DNA of 63,229 nucleotides, filler included, from Octopus bimaculoides (lineage: Eukaryota), in the NCBI RefSeq assembly GCF_001194135.2. It is 5 parts of 5 records of this genome, joined end to end, with 100 filler letters (N's around TTAATTAATTAA, not from the genome) between each part and the next. Parts side by side here need not be neighbours in the genome. Positions count along the whole stretch, not along the records: positions 1 to 14,837 come from NC_068982.1; 4 more parts are not named here. One strand, given 5' to 3'. The position numbers were made by a program, and so were the translations under genes. Positions 1 to 12,030 of the stretch are shown piece after piece. Each line of letters begins with the position of its first letter. The first letter of the stretch is position 1. The notes beneath the pieces are model-generated. The model searched no databases and was not told where the DNA came from. It saw only the letters and a program-made list of their open reading frames with translations.

Positions 1-649
1 TATATATATATATATATATATGTATCCTATCTTTTCAGCTGCATCGCTGTTGTCGTTACTGCCCTGTAATGAAAGCGCTTTGAGATGGAAGTAGATAAGG
101 TGACGACATTGGTCAGGGCGATGGCGGAGAAGGTCTTCACCTTACATAACCTTACTGTACTCTCGAGACAAAAGAGTTCCTTTTAGTTTTAAGTGGATTT
201 ATTGTGCTGTTCACTTAATGCCTCTTAAATGATTTTCAAATAGTTTTAAGGTCCATCTGGATTGAAGCTGACCATACTCATGGATTTCATTCTATTTCTG
301 TTATTAACTCTGTGTGTGTATATGCTACAAACATACCTCTTTCATGTGTATATATGCGCACAATCGTGTGTGCTTCCATGCTTTAATGTGTGTATTTCTC
401 TCTCTGTCCATATAACAGCTTTAGGATTCTTCGTTTTCTTCCTCTTTAAGTAGGCGCAGACGAGGTGTGTTTCACAATGGTGCAACAAGAATATGCATCT
501 TCCTAGCTTTATTAGGTTCTGCCCCAATATCATGTCTCATGTTTGTGTGTGTGTCTATTTGTGCATGTGTGTGTGTATGTGTGTGTGCGTGCCCGGGCGA
601 GTGTGCCAGTGACATCAACGTAGCTGAGTGATATGTACTTATATAAATA

Positions 650-1014
650 CTCTTACTCTCTCTTTTACTCTTTTACTTGTTTCAGTCATTTGACTGCGGC
701 CATGCTGGAGCACCGCCTTTAGTCGAGCAAATCGACCCCAGGACTTATTCCTTGGAAGCCTAGTACTTATTCTATCGGTCTCTGTTTGCCGAACCGCTAA
801 GTCACGGGGACGTAAACACACCAGCATCGGGGGGGGGGACAAACACAGACACACAAACATATACACACACATACATGCATATATATATAGATACATATAT
901 ACGACAGGCTTCTTTCAGTTTCCGTCTACCAAATTCACTCACAAGGCTTTGGTCGACCCGAAGCTATAGTAGTAGACACCTGCCCAAGGTGCTACGCCGT
1001 GGGAATGAACCCGA
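650..1014 (-). mobile_element. SINE family A (tRNA-like head, internal microsatellite), 5'-clipped
   Basis: Shares ACCTTGGGCAAGTGTCTT...GGTAGACGGAAACTGAAAGAAGC and the CATGGCCGCAGTCAAATGACTGAAACAAG tail with other copies. Confidence 0.85.
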
Positions 1015-1050
<36 letters not shown>

Positions 1051-1281
1051 ACACACACACACACACATACACACACACACATTTCATAATATATAATATA
1101 AGAGTTATGAATATATATATTTTACATTGTGCAAACATTATCTGCTATTGAACTCAATACGCTGGGAAGAGCGAAGAGACCAGCTTGAGGCGAATCTTTG
1201 AGTAGACTGTCAGTTGTTGATACAATACACACACACACACATACACACACACATACACACACCTTATTTTTTTCTACTTTA

Positions 1282-1697
1282 GACACAAGGCCCGAAACAT
1301 TTGGGGAGGGGGCAGTTGCTTAGATCGACTCCAGTTCGCAACTGCTACTTAATTTATCGACCCTGAAAGGAAGAAAGACGAAGTCGTCTTCGGCGGAATT
1401 TGAACTCAGAACGTAGACAGACAAAATACCGCTAAGCAGTTCGCCCGGCGCGCTAACATTTCTTATGTCTTTATTGCCCACAAGGGGCTAAACATAGAGG
1501 GGACAAACAAGGACATACAAAGGGATTAAGTCTATTATATCGACCCCAGTGCGTAACTGGTACTTAATTTATCGCCCCCGAAAGGATGAAAGGCAAAGTC
1601 GACCTCGGCGGAATTTGAACTCAGAACGTAACGGCAGACGAAATACCGCTAAGCATATCGCCCGGCGTGCTAACGTTTCTGCCAGCTCGCCGCCTTA
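1282..1697 (-). mobile_element. Two tandem family B SINEs (MetaSINE-like central domain): 1282-1463 and 1464-1697
   Basis: Both carry GAGTTCAAATTCCGCCG (B-box-like) and a GTCGACTTTGCCTTTCATCCTTTCGGGGTCGATAAATTAAGTACCAG-type domain. Their 3' tails differ. Confidence 0.85.
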
Positions 1698-2689
1698 CAC
1701 ATATACATTATTGTCTTATTGTAGTTGTCATGGAGGCCATGAACTGCCGAGTTTCTAAAATATTTGGGTTTTTTTTTTTACATATATATAAAAAATATGA
1801 CAGTGTGATCTGGAAGCANNNNNNNNNNNNNNNNNNNNNNNNNNNNNNNNNNNNNNNNNNNNNNNNNNNNNNNNNNNNNNNNNNNNNNNNNNNNNNNNNN
1901 NNNNNNNNNNNNNNNNNNNNNNNNNNNNNNNNNNNNNNNNNNNNNNNNNNNNNNNNNNNNNNNNNNNNNNNNNNNNNNNNNNNNNNNNNNNNNNNNNNNN
2001 NNNNNNNNNNNNNNNNNNNNNNNNNNNNNNNNNNNNNNNNNNNNNNNNNNNNNNNNNNNNNNNNNNNNNNNNNNNNNNNNNNNNNNNNNNNNNNNNNNNN
2101 NNNNNNNNNNNNNNNNNNNNNNNNNNNNNNNNNNNNNNNNNNNNNNNNNNNNNNNNNNNNNNNNNNNNNNNNNNNNNNNNNNNNNNNNNNNNNNNNNNNN
2201 NNNNNNNNNNNNNNNNNNNNNNNNNNNNNNNNNNNNNNNNNNNNNNNNNNNNNNNNNNNNNNNNNNNNNNNNNNNNNNNNNNNNNNNNNNNNNNNNNNNN
2301 NNNNNNNNNNNNNNNNNNNNNNNNNNNNNNNNNNNNNNNNNNNNNNNNNNNNNNNNNNNNNNNNNNNNNNNNNNNNNNNNNNNNNNNNNNNNNNNNNNNN
2401 NNNNNNNNNNNNNNNNNNNNNNNNNNNNNNNNNNNNNNNNNNNNNNNNNNNNNNNNNNNNNNNATATATATATATATATATAGTGAGAATTTACAAAAAG
2501 ACAAAAGACAAAGACAGGTGTGTAAACAACAAACAGATGTATTAATTTAACGTTCGGGAAGTGAGAAAGTCTTTTACGTTTCGAGCCTACGCTCTTCGAC
2601 AGGAAGGAACACAGAAATACACAGGGAAAGAAAAAGAAGAAAAAGGTATAATGGCTATATATATATATCCACATACACATGTATGTGTG

Positions 2690-2890
2690 TGTATATGTGG
2701 ATGTGTCTTTGTGTAAATGTATGTGTTTATCCCCCACCACCGCTTGACAACCGAGGTTTCTGAGTTGAAGTCCCCGTTACCTAGCAGTTCGGTAAAAGAT
2801 ACTGATAAATTCAGTGCCAGGCTTAAGAAAAACGTAATAAGTATTGGGGTCGATCTGCTCAACTAAAATTCTTCACGGTGCTTCAATGAA
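2690..2890 (+). mobile_element. SINE family A, 3' half
   Basis: CCCCACCACCGCTTGACAACCG...GGGGTCGATCTGCTCAACTAAA matches the 3' half of the 59146 copy. Confidence 0.75.
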
Positions 2891-2892
2891 CA

Positions 2893-3140
2893 GCGATGGG
2901 TAAAGGAGTTGAAAACATGGCAAACCAGCTCTGTGAAGACAAACCATACTGTAGGGGACCATCAACTGCGACCACTGAAACGAATCACCAGCGAGTGAAC
3001 GAATGGATTTGCGCGGATAGTCGAAATAAGTTACAATTCGTGAGCTTCTTATGGCCAGAATGCATTGCAGAAGATTGGGGAAAAGTTTGGGTATAATTAA
3101 GTGCATGCAAAGTGGGTACCTCGGCTGTTGAAATACGATT
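2893..3140 (+). pseudogene. Mariner transposase N-terminal relic
   Basis: Frameshifted RWVKE...EDKPYCRGPSTATTETNHQRVNEWICADSR...AKWVPRLL, i.e. a GRP-like HTH linker and the WVP motif. Confidence 0.7.
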
Positions 3141-3414
3141 TGAAGGAGAAAGGGGTAGAAGTTATCTCTAATCTACTCAATAAACATATAATATTGCCCT
3201 CACCGGGAGTCTGTCCTCTATTGTTCCTAGGAGTGTTTCCTTTTTTCCCCCGCATCTGTTTCTATTTTCTGTTTATGTAAGGATTGAAATTTTATGAACT
3301 CCGACAACTCCTTGTTATTCTTGCGAGCAACAGTAAAGTTGGGGAGTGTTTGCTGCTGCTGCTGTTGCTGCTGTTGTTGTTGTTGCTGCTGTTGTTACAT
3401 TTGTTATTCTAGCT

Positions 3415-3674
3415 CAATGGATCTCAACCGAGGTCAATATGACCCTGGGTGGGGTGGCCCATATAGGATTTTGTTGTTAAAAATCATGCGCAATAAATCG
3501 GTTATACTCCTACAATATACAAAATATTTTAACAATGTTTTAATACAATTCCTGATAATATTCAATCATAAAAATAAACTGGGATTTTTTCAGAAATTAA
3601 ATGGTTTTGGGGGTCCAGTGGTGAAAAATAGGATTCAAAGGGGTTCATAAGCAAAAAATGGTTGAGAACCACGG
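3415..3674. mobile_element. hAT (Charlie/MER5-like) MITE, 260 bp
   Basis: TIRs CAATGGATCTCAACC / GGTTGAGAACCACGG. 8-bp TSD TTCTAGCT (3407-14) / TTCTAGTT (3675-82) with the central CTAG typical of Charlie targets. Confidence 0.85.
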
Positions 3675-3779
3675 TTCTAGTTGTTGCATTCGTTTCTAAT
3701 ACGAGTACAAGGTTTGACCTCTGTACATAACTGGTGCATTATTTTTATCAACTATGAAAAGATAGAAATAAAGTTGACG

Positions 3780-4052
3780 TCGGCAGGAGTTGATCCCGGA
3801 ATGCAAGCAAACGGACCAAATACCGCACGGTTCTTTGTGTTCCGAGTTCAAATCCCGCTGGTACTATCATTACCTCTGAGGTTGATGAAATTTCGACTAA
3901 CACCTTTTCCCTCAAAATCGCTGACAATTGCTATTAATATTAGAATCATTATGCCTCCGTTCATCGTTTCGGGGTCGATAAATTAAGTACCAGTTATGCA
4001 CTGGGGTTGATGTAATTGACTTAATCCCTTCCCCAAATTTGAGGCCTTGTGC
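3780..4052 (+). mobile_element. Family B SINE fragments (degenerate)
   Basis: TTCCGAGTTCAAATCCCGC and TTTCGGGGTCGATAAATTAAGTACCAGTTATGCACTGGGGTTGATGTAATTGAC. Confidence 0.75.
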
Positions 4053-4965
4053 TTCAAGAAGAAAGGATTACTCTTTTCTNNNNNNNNNNNNNNNNNNNNN
4101 NNNNNNNNNNNNNNNNNNNNNNNNNNNNNNNNNNNNNNNNNNNNNNNNNNNNNNNNNNNNNNNNNNNNNNNNNNNNNNNNNNNNNNNNNNNNNNNNNNNN
4201 NNNNNNNNNNNNNNNNNNNNNNNNNNNNNNNNNNNNNNNNNNNNNNNNNNNNNNNNNNNNNNNNNNNNNNNNNNNNNNNNNNNNNNNNNNNNNNNNNNNN
4301 NNNNNNNNNNNNNNNNNNNNNNNNNNNNNNNNNNNNNNNNNNNNNNNNNNNNNNNNNNNNNNNNNNNNNNNNNNNNNNNNNNNNNNNNNNNNNNNNNNNN
4401 NNNNNNNNNNNNNNNNNNNNNNNNNNNNNNNNNNNNNNNNNNNNNNNNNNNNNNNNNNNNNNNNNNNNNNNNNNNNNNNNNNNNNNNNNNNNNNNNNNNN
4501 NNNNNNNNNNNNNNNNNNNNNNNNNNNNNNNNNNNNNNNNNNNNNNNNNNNNNNNNNNNNNNNNNNNNNNNNNNNNNNNNNNNNNNNNNNNNNNNNNNNN
4601 NNNNNNNNNNNNNNNNNNNNNNNNNNNNNNNNNNNNNNNNNNNNNNNNNNNNNNNNNNNNNNNNNNNNNNNNNNNNNNNNNNNNNNNNNNNNNNNNNNNN
4701 NNNNNNNNNNNNNNNNNNNNNNNNNNNNNNNNNNNNNNNNNNNNNNNNNNNNNNNNNNNNNNNNNNNNNNNNNNNNNNNNNNNNNNNNNNNNNNNNNNNN
4801 NNNNNNNNNNNNNNNNNNNNNNNNNNNNNNNNNNNNNNNNNNNNNNNNNNNNNNNNNNNNNNNNNNNNNNNNNNNNNNNNNNNTGAAGGTCAACAGAAGA
4901 GTAAAGACGGTTAACTGAAGTGGACACGTGACTTCTACAGTAGCCAATATGGATCCAGATTGAAG

Positions 4966-4996
<31 letters not shown>

Positions 4997-5055
4997 GATT
5001 GTGTGTATACATACATACACACACACAAACACACACACACACGCACACGCACACA

Positions 5056-5107
<52 letters not shown>

Positions 5108-5525
5108 CACACACATGCACAAAATATGGGGTTTTAGTTCACAAGTGATCTAAACGATTAGGTACTTTACTTTGATGCTTCTTTTTTCTTTTCCTTCTTC
5201 ATCTCCTTATTCCTTTACTCCTGTCCTCTACATCATCATTTCATTAATCTATACCCTTTTCATTTTCCCTATTTGTTTCCGATGACAGAATACCCCATAC
5301 TCTAGGATATCCCAGAAACAGCTGTATGACTGAATTTCTTTCCAATAATAATAATGTCTGCCTTGCCTTAACGTTTGCTGTCCTCCTTAATAATTATATA
5401 TATATATATATACATACACATGCGTATTAATAATTAAGGGTACTAACAAGTAGTACTCTTAATTATTAATTGATAATTTTTTTACCGTTTAAGGTTTTTA
5501 CGCATACTGAGTCAGTAATATTATT

Positions 5526-5567
<42 letters not shown>

Positions 5568-5622
5568 AATATATATAGAAAAATGTATACTTACATATAA
5601 GAGACAAGTTGTACGTACGCCG

Positions 5623-5660
<38 letters not shown>

Positions 5661-8219
5661 NNNNNNNNNNNNNNNNNNNNNNNNNNNNNNNNNNNNNNNN
5701 NNNNNNNNNNNNNNNNNNNNNNNNNNNNNNNNNNNNNNNNNNNNNNNNNNNNNNNNNNNNNNNNNNNNNNNNNNNNNNNNNNNNNNNNNNNNNNNNNNNN
5801 NNNNNNNNNNNNNNNNNNNNNNNNNNNNNNNNNNNNNNNNNNNNNNNNNNNNNNNNNNNNNNNNNNNNNNNNNNNNNNNNNNNNNNNNNNNNNNNNNNNN
5901 NNNNNNNNNNNNNNNNNNNNNNNNNNNNNNNNNNNNNNNNNNNNNNNNNNNNNNNNNNNNNNNNNNNNNNNNNNNNNNNNNNNNNNNNNNNNNNNNNNNN
6001 NNNNNNNNNNNNNNNNNNNNNNNNNNNNNNNNNNNNNNNNNNNNNNNNNNNNNNNNTTCTCTCTTCAGTCGAGATCCAGATTATCCTTGCAATTTCGGCT
6101 GGTTATTCTCGATATTGCACCAATCTGGCCAGCCCCAAGGAAAATCTAAGCTAAGAGCATTAGATTCCTTGGAAGAAAGCAGCGAATGTATACAAAAACA
6201 AGAACGGAAAAAACGAACAATGTTACTCAAATACAATAAAAATAATAAAACAGGACATAACAACAGGTGTCTTTCGTCTAAGGACGAATTAAATTAAGCT
6301 GGCGTTGTGGAAATAAGGCCTTACGGCAGGAATACAAGATTTCACAGGCACAGGGAGGAATAACGATGTTGCACGCACAACGGCCGGCCAAGAAAGAAAG
6401 ATCACGCTTATGCTCGTGTGTGTGTGTGTGTGTCTAAATGCCGCTTTTGTTGTGTATAACGGATATTGTTATTAACTAAGACCCTGATATGTTCTGAGCC
6501 TTTGGGGGAGACGTTGTGTTCGTATGAAGACGATCTTGAAGCCTTACTCTCCACCTCCTCCCTCTGTGTCTGTACATATGCACGCATAAATTTGATATAT
6601 AAAATAGAGACAAAACAAATGAAGGCAGCGTTTCCAGACATGTGAGAAACCGTCACCTAGGTTTGATCAAAGCACCCTACAACCTTCACCACTTTATGCT
6701 CCCATGTACTCCGCGACTACGAACTTGAAATTGTAGCTCCCTAAAAGCCTGTGATTATTATGGTTGTCGGAGTGGATAAGCAATGGTCCCTGGTCATTAA
6801 GATATAAAAGTCAATAGTCCTGAAGTTGTTTTTAACTACCAGTCTGTCTCTTACCTGTTCCACATAGCCGGAGTCCACCTCCTTAAAAATCTGCACTTTA
6901 CATTTTTTTAATATTCTCGTAGATCGTTTAAACTATGCATCAGTCAGTCGTTTTCTATTCCAATTACTGTGAATTTCATACCTTTCTAGGAGGAGAGGAA
7001 CTTCTCTTCGTGCGTTCCGCTCGTTCTTTGTTTTGGAATTATTTTTGTTTTCTTTTTTTGTTTTGTTTTGTTTTCACAATCTTCGATACTTGCCATCCCT
7101 ATTTGTTCTCTACGCTCACCCTATCGTCACAAGAAGCACTAGTCGGCATGGCTGAAGTGAGAACTCTGGATCGTCGATTGAGGACAAGATAATTCTTTCG
7201 CTAGTTTGAAGGAGTTACAACTGCGCATAGTGGACAATTCGAGATGGGGTGGGGGCGGTACCAACTAAGCCCTTTGCCTCGCCTTGTCCTCGAATTCGAA
7301 GACCAGTCACACACTTCCATGTCTTCTACTCCATATTTTGAAGACTACATCGACCCACGCATCAGCTGGGGGCTCCCTTTAATTGGTCCTTTGAAGTTAA
7401 AACAACGGACGGGATAAATCCCTTTTCTCCTAGTCGTTTCAGATAAGGAGATACAATTTTTCGTGACATACCTCTTTCCACCATCCTTTATTTCAAGAGA
7501 ACTGTTTCATGTACAAGCTTATTTTTGTCTGAAGACATTCAGATCTCTATTTGCTCTTAGTTGCATTGGGAATTATTTCATGTATATGCATGATGGTGGT
7601 GCTGTTGCTAACGTCTAGTGTTTACGCTACTAATGTATTCGTTTGTATTTTCAGTGTATTTTCTAAAGCTTTAATGTTTGCGTCAGTGTTTGTAATTCCA
7701 TTTGTTGCTTTAAATGTCATCATTTTTTCCTCTGTTTGTCCTTTTTATTCCTTAGCCATTTTGTGTTTATTTTCATTATGTTCAGCGATTTGTTTTGTTC
7801 GATAATATTGAGGGCGTGTAAGCTGCTACCGTTTTAACCGTGTAAGCTGCTACCATCTTTACCAGCTGCAACTCTTACTGTTACTCCAGACAAAGAAGCC
7901 ATCATGTTATGAAAAGATAATAAATAAAACGAAAGTTTGAAAAATAAAGCATGTAAAACCGTCCAAAAGTAATACCTTCCTGCTGCGAGAAGGTAAGCAG
8001 GAAAAATTCCAAAACGAAACTAGTAAATAAATAAATACACACAGAATTTTTCCATTAATTATAAACATAGCGGTTGAAAGACGTCCAGTCCCCTCAAAAC
8101 AAGAAAGCATCAACAACAACAATAATAATAATAACAACAACAACAACGACAACAACGATGTTGATGACGACGACAACGACGATGATGATAATGATGATCA
8201 TCAACATCATTATCATTAT

Positions 8220-8652
8220 GATTTCTTTTGTCACGGGCATAAACGAGGGGAACATCACAAGAGCAATCGACAATTTGTTTTGGTGGGGTACATAAAAGAT
8301 TAAGGAAAATTGAAAAAGACGGTGAAATGCGATAAAAGTATGCGATAACATGAATGATGCAGCCCTCCTAATACGGGAGAAACTCCAACAAGGGCCAAGC
8401 ACACTACTCCACAGATCTAGGACTACCCTGACCACCGAAGACACGAGCCCTCTCCTAAATGTTGTTCTCCAATCTACAAGCACATACTTAGAGTAGGGCC
8501 ATACACTCTAACCATTTTTGTCACAGTCACCCATCTTTTCACAAATTCACTGGGTGTTAGCACTTCCCTCTCCACTGTCACTTTCCTTTCCGAGTGGAAA
8601 CTTTAAAAAGTCAATGAGGCCTTGACCGAAGAGGAAGCTGTCTTTCTTCAGT
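8220..8652 (-). mobile_element. L1/Tx1-like LINE 3' fragment (copy 2)
   Basis: Minus translation LKKDSFLFGQGLIDFLK..RKVTVEREVLTPSEFVKRWVTVTKMVRV, then a 3' UTR and a trinucleotide (ATC/ATG) tail. Homologous to the 9277-9519 fragment. Confidence 0.6.
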
Positions 8653-9560
8653 GATGATGATGATGATGATGATGATGAATGTTTCTTTTATGGGCCACAA
8701 GGGCCCATGACAACGAGGACAATATCAATGGACGAAATACAACGCATAAAAGATGGGGCTTACAACGATAAAAAAACTTCAACAGCAATACAACAATAAG
8801 AATATAACAAAAGATATATAAAATAGAATCCAGAAGATGTTGTTGTTGTTGTTGGCACTCCGTCGCTTACGCCGTCGAGGGTTCCAGTTGATCCAATCAA
8901 CGGAACAGCCTGCTTGTGAAATTAACGTGCAAGTGGCTGAGCACTCCACAGACACGTGTACCCTTAACGTAGTTCTCGGGGAGATTCAGCGTGACACAGC
9001 TGACCCTTTGAATTACAGGCACAACAGAAACAGGAAGTAAGAGTGAGAGAAAGTTGTGGTGAAAGAGTACAACAGGGTTCGCCACCATCCCCTGCCGGAG
9101 CCTCGTGGAGCTTTTAGGTGTTTTCGCTCAATAAACACTCACAACACCCGGTCTGGGAATCGAAACCGCGATCCTATGACCGCTGCCCTAACCACTGGGC
9201 CATTGCGCCTCCACAAACCAGAAGATAATAAATGAATAAAATAAACTTCCCCCAGTCCGCCTAATATAAAAACCACTCAACAGTTAAAGGTCCTGGATTT
9301 ACTCTGCGGTCTCCAAGGCATGCATCCGGTTTCTTTCCTCCGATTGAGATTTACCAGTCTTGCAACTCTCATCCACCTTTCGATAAACACACTAGAAGGC
9401 AACATTTCCCTCTCTCCCTCACCTTCTTCTTCAAATGGTACTTTCGGAAATTGATGAGGGATTGGCCAGATAGTAAAGTGCCTCTCTTCGAACTTTTCTG
9501 ACGCAAATCGCTTGTCCAATGGTTATTCTGGAAGCGCGCCTGTCAGAAGGCTGTCAGCCT
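8653..9560 (-). mobile_element. L1/Tx1-like LINE 3' fragment (copy 1), interrupted by a SINE at 8839-9214
   Basis: GTLLSGQSLINF.KYHLKKKV...EREMLPSSVFIERWMRVARLVNLN (frameshifted). The 3' UTR continues across the SINE to CCCTTGTGGCCCATAAAGAAACATT(CAT)n. Confidence 0.6.
8839..9214 (-). mobile_element. tRNA-derived SINE (family 3), complete, with (CAA)n tail
   Basis: Head GTGGAGGCGCAATGGCCCAGTGGTTAGGGC (A box) and GGTTTCGATTCC (B box). ~12-bp TSD AATCCAGAAGAT (8827-38) / AAACCAGAAGAT (9215-26). Confidence 0.88.
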
Positions 9561-9811
9561 GACGGCGAAAAATTTTCAAATGGCAGAATGTCTTCCCCGA
9601 ATACATACCTGGAAGGTCACTTAAACGGAATTTGTCCCAAATTAAGCCCCAAAGTTCACCATCACAACGACCATAAAATCAAAAATGTAAAAGAACTAAA
9701 TGGAACCGGGAAGAATATAAAGAAGTATTATACGCTCATTACTTTGCATAAAATAGGCTAACCCAACTGTTTGTCTGCCTAGAGTAGGTCCATTTACCCT
9801 CTTCTAATTTA

Positions 9812-9950
9812 GGCAGGAGTCCCACAATTTTGAGGAGAAGGGATTTGTCGATACCATCGACCCCTGTATTTTACTGGTAGGTTATTTTACCAGCACCGAA
9901 AAGATGGAAGTTGAAGTTGACCTTGGCGGGATTTGAACTCAGAAAGTAGA
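9812..9950 (-). mobile_element. Family B SINE, degenerate
   Basis: Reverse complement of the family B core (GGCGGGATTTGAACTCAGAA, ATCGACCCC). Confidence 0.7.
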
Positions 9951-11112
9951 GTCAAAACATTTTTTTTCTTTTCTGTTTCTTTTTGGGTGGGGCGGAGCAA
10001 TCTAACGATTCGATCAATCCACAACAACAACAACAACGAAAACAACAGTGAGGAAAGGAATAGAAAAAGGAGGAGTGAGAGGAGGAGGAGGAGGAGGAGG
10101 AGGAGAAGAAGAAGAAGAAGAAGAAGAAGAAGAAGAAGAAGAANNNNNNNNNNNNNNNNNNNNNNNNNNNNNNNNNNNNNNNNNNNNNNNNNNNNNNNNN
10201 NNNNNNNNNNNNNNNNNNNNNNNNNNNNNNNNNNNNNNNNNNNNNNNNNNNNNNNNNNNNNNNNNNNNNNNNNNNNNNNNNNNNNNNNNNNNNNNNNNNN
10301 NNNNNNNNNNNNNNNNNNNNNNNNNNNNNNNNNNNNNNNNNNNNNNNNNNNNNNNNNNNNNNNNNNNNNNNNNNNNNNNNNNNNNNNNNNNNNNNNNNNN
10401 NNNNNNNNNNNNNNNNNNNNNNNNGATGAGAAGGAGGAGGAGAGGAGGAGAGGAGGAGAGGAGGAGAGGAGGAGAGGAGGATAATGCTGACAGTGATGAT
10501 GTTAACAGCCCTGATGACGATGATGGTAATGATGATGATGATGATAATGTTGAACATAACTGTAGTAGCGATAATGATTATGATGATGATGACGATGATG
10601 ATGATGATGATGATAAAGAAGCGGAGGTGGAGGGGGACGACAAGGAAGAGAAAAGGATCCGCTAAACCCATCTTGATTCGGCTTTCTTCTACTCTGACCA
10701 ATTTTGCATTGCAATGTGAGGAAATGTAGGATGTTATAAAATAGCTACCAGGTATGAAAGCTAGTGAAGCATTTCAAAGAATATTCCAGAAGAGAAACCC
10801 GTAAAGTACAAAAAAAAATAATAATAAATAAATAAACAAATGAAAGAAAAGAAAAAATATAAAGAAATTTAAAAAAAGGGAACAGAATCGCGTGTGTTTT
10901 ATATTATTGAAATATTGAATAAGAATGAATGGTTGGCTGAGTTCTCCTTTATCGTCCATTTTTCTCACAAAACTATTAGCGTATGAAACTTTATATGTGT
11001 GTGTATGTATGTATGTATGTATATATGTACGTACGTATGTATGTATGTATGNNNNNNNNNNNNNNNNNNNNNNNNNNNNNNNNNNNNNNNNNNNNNNNNN
11101 NNNNNNNNNNNN

Positions 11113-11158
<46 letters not shown>

Positions 11159-11284
11159 CAGGGCATAATTGATGGTCATTAGATATTACTTTATTATAGT
11201 AAATTTGACTTACAACTGTTTCCAGTAGTCTTGATAGGTTCGTTATTGATCGGTTTACTCAATTTGGACCCACGTACAATTTAA

Positions 11285-12030
11285 TATTTTTTGCTCTTGG
11301 CATCTATATTCAGGAACTTTGTATGTTTCTTTCCTCTAATTGTACGTCTGGGTTCAATCACTTGCAGTGGCGTTAGTACTTGGGACGTATCGTACAACCA
11401 TTCCATCGTTTCCTCCAACTTCTTTGGTTCACTTTCCATGTCTGTCTCTTTCAGTTGGTTTCTGTGTCTCTTTCGTATGTCTTTCCTACTTTTTACCTAA
11501 TACATCATTTTACCTATGCATTTGGTAATTACGACATCTTTCCGACTCGGCTTTCCATTTTTGTATACTCTCATATACACCTTTACATCAACTTTAAAGA
11601 ATTTTTCAATGTCTTCCCTGGCACTTTTTCTTTTCTTGCAGGTAGCAATTTATCAAAGACTGATTTTACTTTCCTCACAAACATCAGCTCCGTCGGTGAT
11701 CTATCTGCTCGTATATTCGGATTTGGTGTCACACGGTACACTTTTAAAAATTGTTGTAGATCTACCTCATCCGTAACTTCCTTATTCGATTTTCTAAGGG
11801 CTCTTTTGAAGATATCGACAAAGCGTTCTACCTGTCCATCAGATCCTGGATGGTATGACACCGTAGTTATATGTTATACTGCGAACGTTTCACAAAATTT
11901 TAAAAATTTGCTAGACGCAAATTGCGTTCCATTGTCAGACACTATCTTGTCTAGGATGCCAAATCTTGCGAACAATTCGTGTAAAAAAATTATTACAGTT
12001 GAGGAAGGTGGTTTTATTAATTCCTTGTGA
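11285..12030 (-). mobile_element. Ty3/Gypsy LTR retrotransposon integrase fragment (pseudogene)
   Basis: Minus-strand translation FLHELFARFGILDKIVSDNGTQFASSKF...SYHPGSDGQVERFVDIFKRALRK...QQFLKVYRVTPNP...SPTELMFVRKVKSVFDKLLP carries the rve-type DNG and ER catalytic motifs. C-terminal EPRRTIRGKK...KKY* ends near 11288. Confidence 0.9.

Noticed and set aside
1667-6154. Long ORFs of 180-320 aa in the supplied track (also 9933-10701, 51975-52502, 60779-61041)
   Set aside because: They are open only because they run through N gaps; they are X strings with short flanks.
6057-6297. Plus-strand acceptor TTCTCTCTTCAG followed by a ~75-codon open frame; similar acceptors at ~38, ~23875 and ~61218
   Set aside because: No recognisable protein similarity, the others hit stops quickly, and such signals are frequent by chance in pyrimidine-rich DNA.
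9130-9214. tRNA gene
   Set aside because: A and B boxes are present but continue into a SINE body with a (CAA)n tail and TSD; no complete cloverleaf. The same applies to the heads of families A and B.
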